NCBI RefSeq assembly: GCF_963921235.1
Contig: NC_086097.1
Span: 18,478,001-18,542,000 of the forward strand
Length of the DNA: 64,000 bases
From: Mobula hypostoma
Taxonomy: Eukaryota
Direction: 5' to 3'
The notes beneath the pieces were generated by a model. It worked only from the letters and a program-made list of their open reading frames with translations. It was not told where the DNA came from and searched no databases. Numbering within the stretch: the stretch's first letter is position 1; the number at the start of each line of letters is the position of its first letter. Both the position numbers and the translations under genes were made by a program. Below, piece after piece: positions 24,829 to 36,290 of this stretch.

Positions 24829-25311
24829 TAACCGTATAATAATATTTTAAAATGTACCATTTAGATTTCTGCAAAATTTAAAAATAGATAGGCTAAACTT
24901 TGTAGATGTGAATATTTGTTGTGATTATAATCATAAGACTATAAAATGACATGGCAATGTAAAATGAGATGATAAACGTCATATTATTTTGGTATTGACT
25001 AGCTTTGGAGCATTCACGTTTCTCTGTATTCAATTGCTTTGACAGAAATTGATGAAATAATTTTGAGCAGGAGAGCTGATTTTACAAAGGCCATCCGTCA
25101 CTTTCAAGTACGACTGTTGTGTATACTGGAATCAGCTTTCTGTGGGCAGAATTTGAGAAACGATTTGATGCCTGTGCTTTACCCAGCCAGAGCTGGTGTG
25201 ATGATTTTTTTGTTCCTTTCATTAGCGTGGGCCATTGCTTCGCAAGCTGTGTGGGCCATTCAGCGGAGTGTAAATGCTCGTATAGTAGAAGAGCCCAAAG
25301 TCTGTTACAGT

Positions 25312-25625
25312 GGGGCAGCACAGTAGCATTGTGGTTAACGCCAGACTTTACACCGCCAGCTGTAAATTGTTTGGTGTTCAATTCCCACTACTGTCTGTCA
25401 GGAGTTTGCAAGTTTTCCCCATAACCACATGGGTTTCCTCCGGATGCTTCGATTTCTGCCCATACTCCAAAGATACACGGTTAGGTTATGAGTTGTGGGC
25501 ATGCTATATTGGCACAGGAAGCATGGCAGCACCAACAAAATGCCCAGCATAATCCTCACTGATCTGATCTGCCGCAAATGACACATTTCACTGTATGTTT
25601 GAATATACGTCTGACAAATAAAGCA
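25312..25625 (+). mobile_element. tRNA-headed SINE with V-domain-like core
   Basis: Head with A/B-box-like motifs (GTGGTTAA, GTTCAATTCC); core TGGGTTTCCTCCGGATGCTTCGATTTC. Confidence 0.8.
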
Positions 25626-25789
25626 ACCATTGAAACTTTTCTTTGTCAAGTTCACCAACAAAATGTTCTTAGGCAGTCGAATCCTGCCCATGGAGTGGTG
25701 TATGTGATCCACGTCGTTTGCCTCTGTTTGGCAGTGTTCTTAACTGACAATGCTACCTATCGTAGATATTGGTACTTGGTTTATACTGA

Positions 25790-26290
25790 CATGGAGAGGG
25801 TTCAGAGAATATTCACGAGAATGATCCCAGGAATGAAAGGGTTACCATATGAGGAATGTCTGGCAGCTCTTGGGCTGTATTCAGGAGAATGAGGAGGGAC
25901 TTCATAGAAACATTACAAATGTTAAAAGGCCTGAACAGATTAGATATAGCAAAGTTATTTCCCATGGTAGCAGAGTCTAGGACAAGAGGGCATGAATTCA
26001 GGATTGAAGGACATCCTTTTAGAACTGAGATGTGGAGAAATTACTTTAGTCAGTGGGTGGTAAATCTGTGGAATTCATTGCCACGAGCGGCTGTGGAGGC
26101 CAAGTCATTGGGTGTATTTAAGGCAGAGATAGATAGGTTCTTGATTAGCCAGGGCATCAAAGGGTATTGGGTGGAAGCAGGGGAGCGGGGATGACTGGAA
26201 GAATTGGATCAGCCCATGATTGAATGGCGGAGCAGACTCGAATGTCTGAATGGCCTACTTCTGCTCCTATATCCTATGGTCTTCTGGTCT
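25790..26290 (+). mobile_element. CR1 3' fragment
   Basis: ERVQRIFTRMIPG, ESRTRGH, VVNLWNSLP; CR1 3'UTR. Confidence 0.9.
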
Positions 26291-26515
26291 TAATTCCCAT
26301 TACCACTGCTTTGGTGATATTGCTGGAGGCAGTTATATTTTGTGACGTCGCGATAGTAGTTAGGCCACAGATGGAGCCCACTGTCTTGGTTGTCAGACTA
26401 CGGGCAGGATGTAGTGACTTCAGGAAGGATAAAACAAACAGTCTGCTGAAAAAGCAGCATCTGTCAGGGGAAGGGAATTGGTGAAATTCTGGTTCAAAAC
26501 CCTGTCAAAAAAGAA

Positions 26516-27180
26516 CTTACTTAGTTGGGCCCTTAACTCCTAACTGGAGCATAGGCCATCGACGACCTCCCTGAAGGTGATGGTATGGTTGCAGTTCATC
26601 AATGCTTCTGTAATCTTGTTGTTCGTCCATCGTTGACGTCGATGAGGACCTTGACACCATAATGATGGTGTCGAGACTAGCGCGTGATTTGGATTTAAGT
26701 GAGGGAGAGTTGCGCAGCGTCAGCCTCACTCTCTCTTCCCAATTCCCATCTGGATCCAGTGGCAAGACAGAGTCTAGATGGATGGAGATGGGACTAGGCG
26801 CAGTGGATGACCAGGACGTCTTCTGTGTCTTGTCCTGCTCTACAAGTTCCACGACGCTTGCAGAGACCGCCTTCTTGACCGTTGGACCTTCCATTGGTCT
26901 CGTCCGCTCAATCCGCTGGAGTCTGTCATCAAATGCTGGGATAGACAACTCCCTATCTCACCGAGGGTTTGAGACCCGTCGGCTACCCTCACCTGGTTTA
27001 GCCGGCTTGTCGAAGCCGTTGCTCGGGGTGTGGCTGCTGTCGCATGCAAACAGCTACAGGGAGCCACAGGTGAGAGCTGAGTGCCAGGTGGGGACCAAAG
27101 GTGGACTAACCTCCCTGAAAAGGACGCGACATGTTCCCCCACCAGAGGTGCTACCCCTCCCTGACACCCCATATACCCCT
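26516..27180 (-). mobile_element. Bipartite non-autonomous RTE-derived element (RTE 5'UTR-like body + RTE 3' tail)
   Basis: Minus strand ends GGCCTATGCTCC...TAAGTAAG (RTE-type tail); body contains GAGAGTGAGGCTGACG...CCCTCACTTAAATCCAA; CpG-rich; no RT ORF. Confidence 0.75.
26985..27170 (-). ncRNA. HDV-like self-cleaving ribozyme fold
   Basis: P1 GGGGUGU/ACACCCC, P2 GCUCUCACCUGU/ACCAGGUGAGGGU, P3 GGC/GCC, L3 starting UCC, P4 CGGCUU/AAGCCG, J4/2 GCUAA, all in canonical order. Confidence 0.75.
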
Positions 27181-28488
27181 CTGTAATCTATTGTATGCAC
27201 TGTACAAGGGAATTGGTCTATACAGCTTCACCAGAGCCCTGTTGGCTGGCCCTTCCCACTTTCACCTCTTCTGACATTGATGTAGGGCTGGACTTTGAGA
27301 GGCATCAGAAAGAAATGTCATCCTGAAATGTTGACAAGTCCCTTCCCCCTGCAGGTGCTGCTCGACCTGCTGAGTTCCTACAGTTGGATGTTTGTTACTC
27401 CAGGTTCCAAAATCTGCAGTCTCTTGTATCCCTGTAGGATGGCCGTGACGCACAAGGGAAGGAGAGAAAAGAGCTAGAAGGACATAGAGGAGAGGGTGGC
27501 TGCAAATATGTAAAAATTATGAGAACTCAAGAGAGGGTGAAGAGTAAGGATTCATAGAACATTCCATTTCAAGTGGGCTTGGCTCATTTGGAAAAGAATT
27601 AGGAAAAATTCTTCCGCTCATCAAATATTGGTGCTTTGGAACCCACAGTCCAAAAGAGAAACCCTCGTCATATTTAAAAAGCACCAGGATGAGAACATCA
27701 GCTAGCTGTGACTCGCAAAGCTCTGGACCAGGAGCCAGACAAGACGATTAAACTAAACCCATTTTTACCGGTATGAACACGATTGGCTGAATGGCCTCCA
27801 ATAGATTTCTGTGATGGAGAAAATAGGCAAGTCATGAGTAAACAAGATCCATAAGCTTGGAATTTTGTGGACTCTGTGACCTTGTCTTCCCCAACCCCAT
27901 TTTTGCCCAGTCTTTATCCTGTAGCTGACTGAAAGTTGAGGAGGATGACTTTAAATCAGCAAAGTACTTTGTCAAAGGCAGTGTAACTGATTTACCTTAG
28001 CAACAGATCGACAAAGGTTCAAACAACTAATTCTGTATTGGTCCAAATTAGATTCAAAAGGAATTCTACTCACTCTGGAAACAATATTGTGAAAATAACA
28101 GTGCAGGTTCAGACAGCAAACTTTATTGTGCATCTACAGTTGGACTGGCTCTGTTTCTACAGCAATGCCAGTTCAGGATAGCTGAACTAAACATATACCT
28201 TCCCTCTGTTCCATGCCAAATGAGGTGCAGATCACTGGTGGTAAACTCCAAATGTGCTGCTAAAGAACAGGAACTCTGATACCTTCCTAGTCACAGCTTT
28301 GTGGATTTAAAAGCCCATAACAAAATTGAAGCATATTTGACTGATTAAAAATCCTCATGAAGTCAAAAAATTCCAAGTTCAAAGTAATTATTATTATCAG
28401 AGTACATATATATCACCATATACAATCCTGAGTTTCATTTTCCTGTGGGCATACTCAGCAAATCTATAGAATAATAACTATATTATCA

Positions 28489-30921
28489 ATGGCATGTGGC
28501 AAAGAAAATGTCGCAGTAGTTATGGGGGATTTCAACGTGCAGGTGAATTGGAAAAATCAGGTTGGTACTGGACCCCAGGATAGGGAGTTTGTAGAGAGCC
28601 TACAGGATGTATTTTTGGAGCAGCTTGTACGAGAGCCGACCAGGGATAAGGCTATTCTGGATTTAATGTTGTGCAATGAACAGGATTTGATAAGTGATTT
28701 TGAAGTAAAGGAGCCATTAGGAGGTAGTGACCATAATATGATGAGTTTTTATCTGCAAGTTGAGAGGGATAAGGGCAGATCAGAAGTGTCAGTATTGCAG
28801 TTGAACAAAGGAGACTATGGAGCCATGAGGGAGGAGCTGGCCAAAGTTGACTGGTCGGATATCCTAGCAGAAAAGACAGTGGAACAGCAATGGCAGGTAT
28901 TCTTGGGAATTATGCACAAGGTGCAAAATCAGTTCATCCCCCAGAGAAGGAAGGATTCAAAGGGGGGAAAGTGGCCACAGTGGTTGACAAAGGAAGTCAG
29001 AGATAGCATAGCATTAAAAAAGAAGTATACCAGAGCTAAGGTGAGTGGGAAGACGGATGATTGGGAAATTTTTAAGGAGCAACAGAACTTAACTAAAAAG
29101 GCAACACGGGGAGAAAAAATGAGGTATGAACGCAAGCTAGCTAGGAATATAAAGGAGGATAGCAAAAGTTCTTTTAGGTATTTGAAGAGAAGAAAGATAG
29201 TTAAGAACAATGTTGGGCCCTTGAAGAATGAATTGGGAGAAATTGTTATGGGAAACAGGGAAATGGCAGACGAATTTAAGAAGTACTTTGGATCTGTCTT
29301 CACTAGGGAAGACACAAGCAATCTCCCAGATGTATGGATGGGCCAAGGACATAGGGTAACAGAGGAACTGAAACAGATTGACATTAGGAAGGAAACGGTG
29401 ATGAGTAGACTGATGGGACTGAAGGCTAACAAATCCCCAGGTCCAGATGGTCTGCATCCTAGGGTACTAAAGGAGGTGGCTCTGGAAATTGTGGATGCAT
29501 TGGTGATCATTTTCCAATGTTCCTTAGATTCAGGATCAGTTCCTGAGGATTGGCGAATGGCTAATGTTATCCCAATTTTTAAGAAAGGAGGGAGGGAGAA
29601 AACAGAGAACTATCGCCCTGTTAGCCTAACATCAGTAGTGGGGAAGATGCTAGAGTCCATTATTAAAGATGAAATAGCAACATATCTTGATAGCAGTGAT
29701 AAGATTGGGCCGAGCCAGCAAGGATTTACCAAGGGCAAATCATGCTTGACTAATCTATTAGAGTTTTTCGAGGATGTAACCAGGAAGATAGATGCGGGAA
29801 ATCCAGTGGATGTGGTGTACCTTGACTTTCAGAAGGCATTTGATAAGGTACCACATAGGAGATTGGTGGGTAAAATCAGAGCTCATGGCATTGGGGGGAG
29901 GATATTGACATGGATAGAAAACTGGTTGGCAGATAGAAAGCAAAGGGTAGCAGTGAATGGGTGTTTCTCGGAATGGCAGGTGGTGACTAGTGGGGTGCCA
30001 CAGGGCTCGGTATTGGGACCACAGCTGTTTACGATTTACGTCAATGATTTAGAGGAAGGCATTGTGAATAACATCAGCAAGTTTGCTGATGATACTAAGC
30101 TGGGTGGCAGTGTGACATATGATGAGGATGTTAGGAGAATTCAAGGTGACTTGGATAGGCTGGGTGAGTGGGCAGAAACTTGGCAGATGGTGTTTAATGT
30201 GAATAAGTGTGAGGTTATTCACTTTGGGAGCAAGAACAGGAAGGCAGATTATTATCTGAACGGTGTGGAGTTAGGTAAGGGAGAAACACAAAGAGATCTA
30301 GGAGTACTTGTTCATCAGTCTCTGAAGGTGAATGAGCAAGTGCAGCAGGCAGTGAAGAAGGCTAATGGAATGTTAGCCTTTATTACAAAGGGAATGGAGT
30401 ACAAGAGCAAGGAAATCCTTTTGCATTTGTACAGGGCCCTGGTGAGACCACACCTGGAGTATTGTGTGCAATTTTGGTCTCCAGGGTTAAGGACGGACAT
30501 CCTGGCTGTGGAGGAGGTGCAGCGTAGGTTCACTAGGTTAATTCCTGGGATGTCCGGTCTGTCTTACGCAGGGAGGTTAGAGAGACTGGGCTTGTACACG
30601 CTGGAATTAAGGAGATTGAGGGGGGATCTGATTGAGACATATAAGATTATTAAGGGATTGGACAAGATAGAGGCAGGAAATATGTTCCAGATGCTGGGAG
30701 AGTCTAATACCAGAGGGCATGGTTTAAGAATAAGGGGTAGGTCATTTAGGGCAGAGTTGAGGAGGAACTTCTTCTCCCAGAGAGTTGTGGAGGTGCGGAA
30801 CGCGCTGCCTCAGAAGGCAGTGGAGGCCAATTCTCTGGATGTTTTCAAGAAGGAGCTAGATGGGTACCTTATGGATAGGGGAATCCAGGGTTATGGGGAC
30901 AAGGCAGGAACCGGGTACTGA
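28489..30921 (+). CDS. CR1 LINE ORF2 (partial APE endonuclease + reverse transcriptase), 810 aa uninterrupted, 5'-truncated
   Basis: MGDFN, GGSDHN, NYRPVSLTS, GVPQGSVLGP and KFADDTK motifs with no stops; 3'UTR and (CTATTGT)n tail to ~31012. Confidence 0.95.
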   Translation: MACGKENVAVVMGDFNVQVNWKNQVGTGPQDREFVESLQDVFLEQLVREPTRDKAILDLMLCNEQDLISDFEVKEPLGGSDHNMMSFYLQVERDKGRSEVSVLQLNKGDYGAMREELAKVDWSDILAEKTVEQQWQVFLGIMHKVQNQFIPQRRKDSKGGKWPQWLTKEVRDSIALKKKYTRAKVSGKTDDWEIFKEQQNLTKKATRGEKMRYERKLARNIKEDSKSSFRYLKRRKIVKNNVGPLKNELGEIVMGNREMADEFKKYFGSVFTREDTSNLPDVWMGQGHRVTEELKQIDIRKETVMSRLMGLKANKSPGPDGLHPRVLKEVALEIVDALVIIFQCSLDSGSVPEDWRMANVIPIFKKGGREKTENYRPVSLTSVVGKMLESIIKDEIATYLDSSDKIGPSQQGFTKGKSCLTNLLEFFEDVTRKIDAGNPVDVVYLDFQKAFDKVPHRRLVGKIRAHGIGGRILTWIENWLADRKQRVAVNGCFSEWQVVTSGVPQGSVLGPQLFTIYVNDLEEGIVNNISKFADDTKLGGSVTYDEDVRRIQGDLDRLGEWAETWQMVFNVNKCEVIHFGSKNRKADYYLNGVELGKGETQRDLGVLVHQSLKVNEQVQQAVKKANGMLAFITKGMEYKSKEILLHLYRALVRPHLEYCVQFWSPGLRTDILAVEEVQRRFTRLIPGMSGLSYAGRLERLGLYTLELRRLRGDLIETYKIIKGLDKIEAGNMFQMLGESNTRGHGLRIRGRSFRAELRRNFFSQRVVEVRNALPQKAVEANSLDVFKKELDGYLMDRGIQGYGDKAGTGY

Positions 30922-31394
30922 TAGTAGATGATCAGCCATGATCTCAGAATGGCGGTGCAGGCTCGAAGGGCTGAATGGTCTACTTCTGCACCTATTGTCT
31001 ATTGTCTATTGTATAAACAGGATCAATGGAAGATCAACCAGAGTACAGAAGACAACAAACTGTGCAAACGCACATATAAATAAATAGCAATAAATAACGA
31101 GAACATGACATAATGAGATAAAGAATCCTTAAAGTGACATCATTGGTTGTGGGAAACAACTCAACGATGGGACGAGTGAGTGTAGTTACCCCGTTTTGCT
31201 CAAGAGACAGAGTCATACAATCATTGTCCTTTGACTTGCTCATGCTGACCAAACTGCCCGTTTGCCTGATTTGCCCAATGTCCCTCTAAATGTTTCCTAT
31301 CCAAGTACCTGTACAAGTGGCTTTTAAAAGTTGTTACAGTACCTGCCTCGATCATAACTTCTGGCTACTCATCCCATGAATGGAATACCTTCCC

Positions 31395-32503
31395 TAACAT
31401 CTTCTACAGATGTACTGTGGAGAGCACTCTGATAGTCTGCGTCGCTGTCTGGTATGGGTGGGGGAGGGAGGGGCCATTGCATAGGATCAAAAGAAGCGAC
31501 AGAAGGTTGTGAAATCAGTCAGCTCCATCTTGGGTACTAGCCTCCGTAGTACCCATGACATCTCCAAGGAGTGGTGCCCCAGAAAGGCAGCGTCCATTAT
31601 TAAGTACCCCCATCACCCAGGACAGGCCCTCTTCTCATCTTTACTGTTGGTAGGAGGTATAGAAGCCTGAGGGCACACAATCAGCGATTCAGGAACAGAT
31701 TACTCCCCTCTGCCATCTGATTCCTAAATGAACATTGAACCCACAAACACTACTTCACTTTTTAAAAAATATGTATTATTTCTGTTTTTACACTATTTTA
31801 AATCTAGTCAATATTCATATGTAGCCTGGGGAAAAGTACACACTCAGGACAACAAATACTTTTTCGGGTTTTAATTCCTTTATCTGTTTTAGATGTTTAA
31901 GTGCCAGAAGAGGGTCGCAAAACGGCACGACCGAATTTCCAACCAGTTCTTGCCGTTACAATCTCAGTCTAACTTTCGATCCACACCCTTGTGTATGGAC
32001 AGAATTGCGTATGAAGTATAAAAAAATACCAGAACTAATACAGTACTAATACAGTAGTGGCAATTCTACTTGGCTAGTGAGGAACTTTGCCCAAGCCACG
32101 CTACCCAGTGTCAATTCCTTCACTCGTGGAAATCTTTCCTCACCATGCCCAGCCTTGGGAGGAACTCAATTCCAATGCCCCAACGTGTCTTCAGCAGAAA
32201 ACAAAATGGTCTCCCCACTATCCCGCATGTGTGAAATGACATCACCGTCTCCCTTAAAGGTACAGACAAATATTCTAGCATTACCCGGATGGATGCCTAA
32301 GTACACTTTTAACAATACTGAATAAGATCCGACGGTCACCCGGTTACATATATATATACTTACTTTAATTGATTAATTTATTTATCTATTTTACCCCCTT
32401 TCTATATTATCATGTACAGTATTGCATTGAACTGCTGCTGCTAAGTTAACAAATTTCATGATACATGCCGGTGATAATAAACCTGTTTCTGATTCTGATT
32501 CTG
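31395..32503 (+). mobile_element. Rex1/Babar-type LINE 3' end interrupted by a solo LTR
   Basis: Homologous to 10240-10810; tail resumes at 32349; (TCTGAT)n end. Confidence 0.88.
31820..32348 (-). mobile_element. Solo LTR, 529 bp
   Basis: Termini TGTAGCCTGGG...CCCGGTTACA; flanks CATA/TATA; ATTAAA near the 3' end on the minus strand; cleanly splits a LINE 3'UTR. Confidence 0.78.
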
Positions 32504-32599
32504 GTGAGATGGTGAGATGTTCAGACACAGAGCCTTTTGGAGGCCAGACAAATGTGTTCATCTTTTTTACGATGGCAGGATAATGCTGGACATAAAGAA

Positions 32600-33283
32600 C
32601 TTCCGGTTATACAGGTTCACTCCATCAGCTCATTGGTGGAGGAGTAGGAGGAGCTGGGCTTAGTGCGGACGGTGTTACTGCCTGATACAGGAAGACATCG
32701 GAGTCAGTGTGCCGAGGCAGTGTGCGGTCTAACAGTGAGTGATCATCTTGGATGTTTCTCTGGCGATCGCAAGACCCTGTTGGACATTGAAAATATAAAG
32801 TGCTGCAAGTCCGTTTCCCTTGTTTATTGCCGAGACAGGCGATGGGGGTCGCTGCATGGCGACGGTTGCAGTGAGGACTAGACCTCAAGCTGTAGGCTTG
32901 TCCGTTGCCGCAGTCCGGGAGAGGAGACATCAGAGGTAGAGTAGCACACCATCCATGCTGGCCCCTCCTGATCATTTGGTAGAATGACAATCTGGATTGC
33001 ATGCATGTGGGCGTTCATCTGCGGGCTGCTGAGAACTGTTTGTTCTTGCCAACAGTACCCATGCACCATCAATTTACAGGACATACCATTCAGGGACTTA
33101 GGCTATATATGTATATATATTTTTTGTGTGACCATGTTTACTTGCTATATGTGTTTCGTGCTGTGTATGATTGTTGGTACTGTGTTTTGCACCTTGGCCC
33201 TGGAGGAACACTGTTTCTTTTGACTGTATTCATGGGTATTCACGTATGGTTGTGTGACAATCAAACTTGAACTTAAACTTGAC
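32600..33283 (+). mobile_element. Non-coding CpG-rich element with LINE-type (CTTGAA)n tail
   Basis: Ends GACAATCAAACTTGAACTTAAACTTGA; lies inside a split CR1 tail (31210-31380 / 33283-33620); 5' boundary uncertain. Confidence 0.5.
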
Positions 33284-33650
33284 ATGCACCACCCTCTGTG
33301 TGGAGAAGTTATCCCTTAGGTCCCTTTTAAATCTTACCCCTCTCACTTGAAACCTTTGCTCTCTAGTTCATGATTCCCTTTCCACGGGGAACAGACTGTT
33401 TACATTCACCCTACCTATATCTCTCATGATTTTGTTCACCTCTATAAGGCCACCTCTCGGTCTCTCATATTCCGAGAAGCAAAGTCCTCCTCTCCCCAGC
33501 CGCTCCCCTTAACTCAAGCCCTGTAGTTCTGGCACATTGCCGTAAGTCTTCTCTGCACTCAACCAAAAGAGTTACACGCTACCCTGGATGTGGCTTCACC
33601 AACATCGTGTGCAACTACAACATATTAGAATTAAGGGTTTAAATTCAGAT

Positions 33651-33893
33651 TTAGAGAAACAGCACAGTAACGGGGCGTTCCAGCCCAATCAGTCTGCTCC
33701 ACCCAATTACACACTGATATGACCAATTAACCTACTAACCTGTAAGTCACTGGAATGTGGGAGGAAACCTGGAGCACCCGGGGAAACGCGAGCAGTCACC
33801 TGGGGAACATACAAACTCTTTACAGTGGTGGGATTGAACCCTAGTTGCTGGGGTTGTAATAATGTTACGCTAATCACTATCCTACTGTGCTAC
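33651..33893 (-). mobile_element. tRNA-headed V-domain SINE with CR1-type tail
   Basis: TGTGGGAGGAAACCTGGAGCACCCGGGGAAAC core (reverse orientation); same family as 57664-57914. Confidence 0.82.
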
Positions 33894-34307
33894 ACAGAAA
33901 GACATACAAGAAAACGTACAATGTAAAATGTCCAGGTGTTTTCAATACTAGATGATAAATAGATGTAAATAATTAAGTTTATTAATGATCCCCAATAATA
34001 TGCTCCATGTTTTTGATCTCTAAATAGCTAAAATTATTTATTTTATCATCCAGCTCCTCAGGACTTCCAGACACTTTTACAAACACTAAGAACGTGAGAA
34101 ACAGGATTAAGAGGAGGCCAGTCAGCTCCTTGAGCCTGCTTGCCATTCAATAAAATCAGGGCTGATTCAACCCTGGCCTCAAGTATCCCTTGACCCCCTG
34201 TTCAGATTCCATGGTGAATGCACTAAATAATTCCTCCATAGTTCTCTCGCAACAAGAATGCTGAAGTATCCAAGAGAAGAGATACCTCCTCACCTTCAGC
34301 TTACCTC

Positions 34308-35330
34308 AGAATCAGAATCAGGTCTAATATATTGGCACAAACACGAGGAAATCTGCAGTTGCTGGAAATTCGAGCAACACACACAAAATACTGGTGAACG
34401 CAGCAGGCCAGGCAGCATCTATAGGAAGAGGTACAGTTGATGTTTTGGGCCAAGACTCTTCATCAGGACTTTAACTGAAAGAAGAGATAGTCAGAGATTT
34501 GAAAGTGGGAGGGGGAGCGGAGATCCAAAATGATAGGAGAAGACAGGAGGGGGAGGGATGGAGCTAAGAGCTGGAAAGTTGATTGGCAAAAGGGATACAA
34601 GGCTGGAGAAGGGAGAGGATCATGGGACTGGAGGCCTAGGGGGAAAGAAATGGGGAGGGGAGCACCAGAGGAAGATATCCCTTTTGCCAATCAACCTTAC
34701 AGGTCTTAGCTTCATCCCTCCCTCTCCTGTCTTCTCCTATCATTTCAGATCTCCCCCTCCCCCTCCCACTTTCAAATCTCTTTCTATCTCTTCTTTCAGT
34801 TAGTTCTGATGAAGGGTCTTGGCCCGAAATGTCGACTGTACTTCTTCCTATAGATGCTGCCTGGCCTGCTGCGTTCCACCAGCATTTTGTGTGTGTTGCT
34901 TCATATATTGGCATACGCTATGTAATTTGTTGCTTCGTAATATATGATAATTAAAATTATAAGATCCTGTGCAGTGGCCCCTCCATACCAGACTGATGCA
35001 ACCAGTTAGAATGCTCTCCACTATACATTTGTAGAACTTTGCAAGTGCCTTTGGTGACATACCAATTCTCTTCAAACTCCTAGTGAAATATAGCTGCTGT
35101 AGTGCCTTCTTTCTAATTGTATCCATATTTTGGCCCCAGGATAGACCTTCAGAGATGTCGACATCAGGGAATCTGAAGTTACTCACTCTTTCCACTGCTA
35201 ATTCCTCGATGAGGACTGGAGTGTGTTCCCTCGATTTCCCCTTCCTGAAGTCCACAATCAGTACCCTGGTCTTACTGACACTGAGTGCAAGGTTGCCGCT
35301 GCAACTCCTCTCAACCAGCTGATCTGCCTC
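34308..35330 (-). mobile_element. Rex1/Babar-type LINE fragment hosting the PLE pair in its tail
   Basis: ORF 34848-35255 (DFRKGK..ISEGLSW..FYKCIVESILTGCI); AGAATC repeats at 34308-34320. Confidence 0.8.
34338..34902. mobile_element. Inverted (tail-out) pair of PLE termini inserted as one unit
   Basis: Minus copy 34338-~34672, plus copy ~34677-34902; 11-bp TSD ATATATTGGCA at 34327-34337 and 34903-34913; hammerhead motifs 34435-34470 (-) and 34802-34837 (+). Confidence 0.9.
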
Positions 35331-35495
35331 ACGCCTGTAAGCCTCCTCATTATCATCTGAAATTCTGCCAACAGAGGGAACATGGGAAACCTCTTACTCT
35401 GAAACTGTGCTTCCTAGTTCTAGATAACCCCGTGAGGGTAAACACCCACCCAGCCAACCTCCCTTTTAATTGGATCACTTCTCATTCATCTAAAC

Positions 35496-35688
35496 CAGGG
35501 GTGGCCAACCTTTTACATTCCATGTGTCAATTTTTTCACTCACGAGTTCAGATGTGCAGTACAACTCTTGCACCCCTTTTCAATTCTTGTAAAAATATGT
35601 TAATATAGAACTTGTGCATGAAAAAATCTCATCTAAACTCGTGTGTGAAAAAATTGACACATGGAGCGTAAAAGGTTGGCCACCCCTG
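35496..35688. mobile_element. hAT (Charlie-like) MITE, 193 bp, long TIRs
   Basis: CAGGGGTGGCCAACCTTTTAC...GTAAAAGGTTGGCCACCCCTG with ~55-bp arms; 8-bp TSD ATCTAAAC/GTCTAAAC. Confidence 0.92.
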
Positions 35689-35939
35689 GTCTAAACTCTA
35701 ATGAGTATAGGCACACCCTCTCTTTACACAACATGCTTCTCAGCCCAGGAACCAATCAAGACAAGTTTATTGTTAATGTTTTTGGAGTCTTGATCTCGCA
35801 ATCTATCTTATTATGATCTTGCACCTTATTGTCTCCCTGCACTGCACTGCACTTTCTCAGGAATTGTTACACTTCATTCTGCATTCTGTTATTGTACTCA
35901 CCATCATCTTGCTACCTCCATGGGCTTACTGACCTCATC

Positions 35940-36290
35940 ATTGTCATCATTATGTAAAGTCTCAAATGACATGAGCAATCGTGCTCCTCGACCATGATTG
36001 TTCTTGGCAAATATGTCTGCAGAGGTGGCTTGCCAATGCCTTCTTCTGGGCCAGTGTCTTTACAAGTCAGGTGACCTCAGCCATCATCAATACCCTTCAG
36101 AGATTGTCTGCCTGGTGTCCGCGATTGCATGACCAGGACTTGTGATATGCACCAGCCGCTCATACGACCATCCACCACCTGCTCCCATGGCTCCACGTGA
36201 TCCTGATTCAGGGGCTTAGCAGGTGCAGGCTAGTGGAGGGAGGAGTGCCTTACATCTCCTTTGGTAGAGATGTATCTCCACCCCACCACC
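35940..36290 (-). mobile_element. Second copy of the RTE-tailed SINE
   Basis: Reverse-complement homolog of 119-541. Confidence 0.78.

Noticed and set aside
26517..27186. ORFs of 143, 174 and 110 aa over the GC-rich element
   Set aside because: No recognisable domain; open frames are expected from GC content, and the region is better explained as structured RNA
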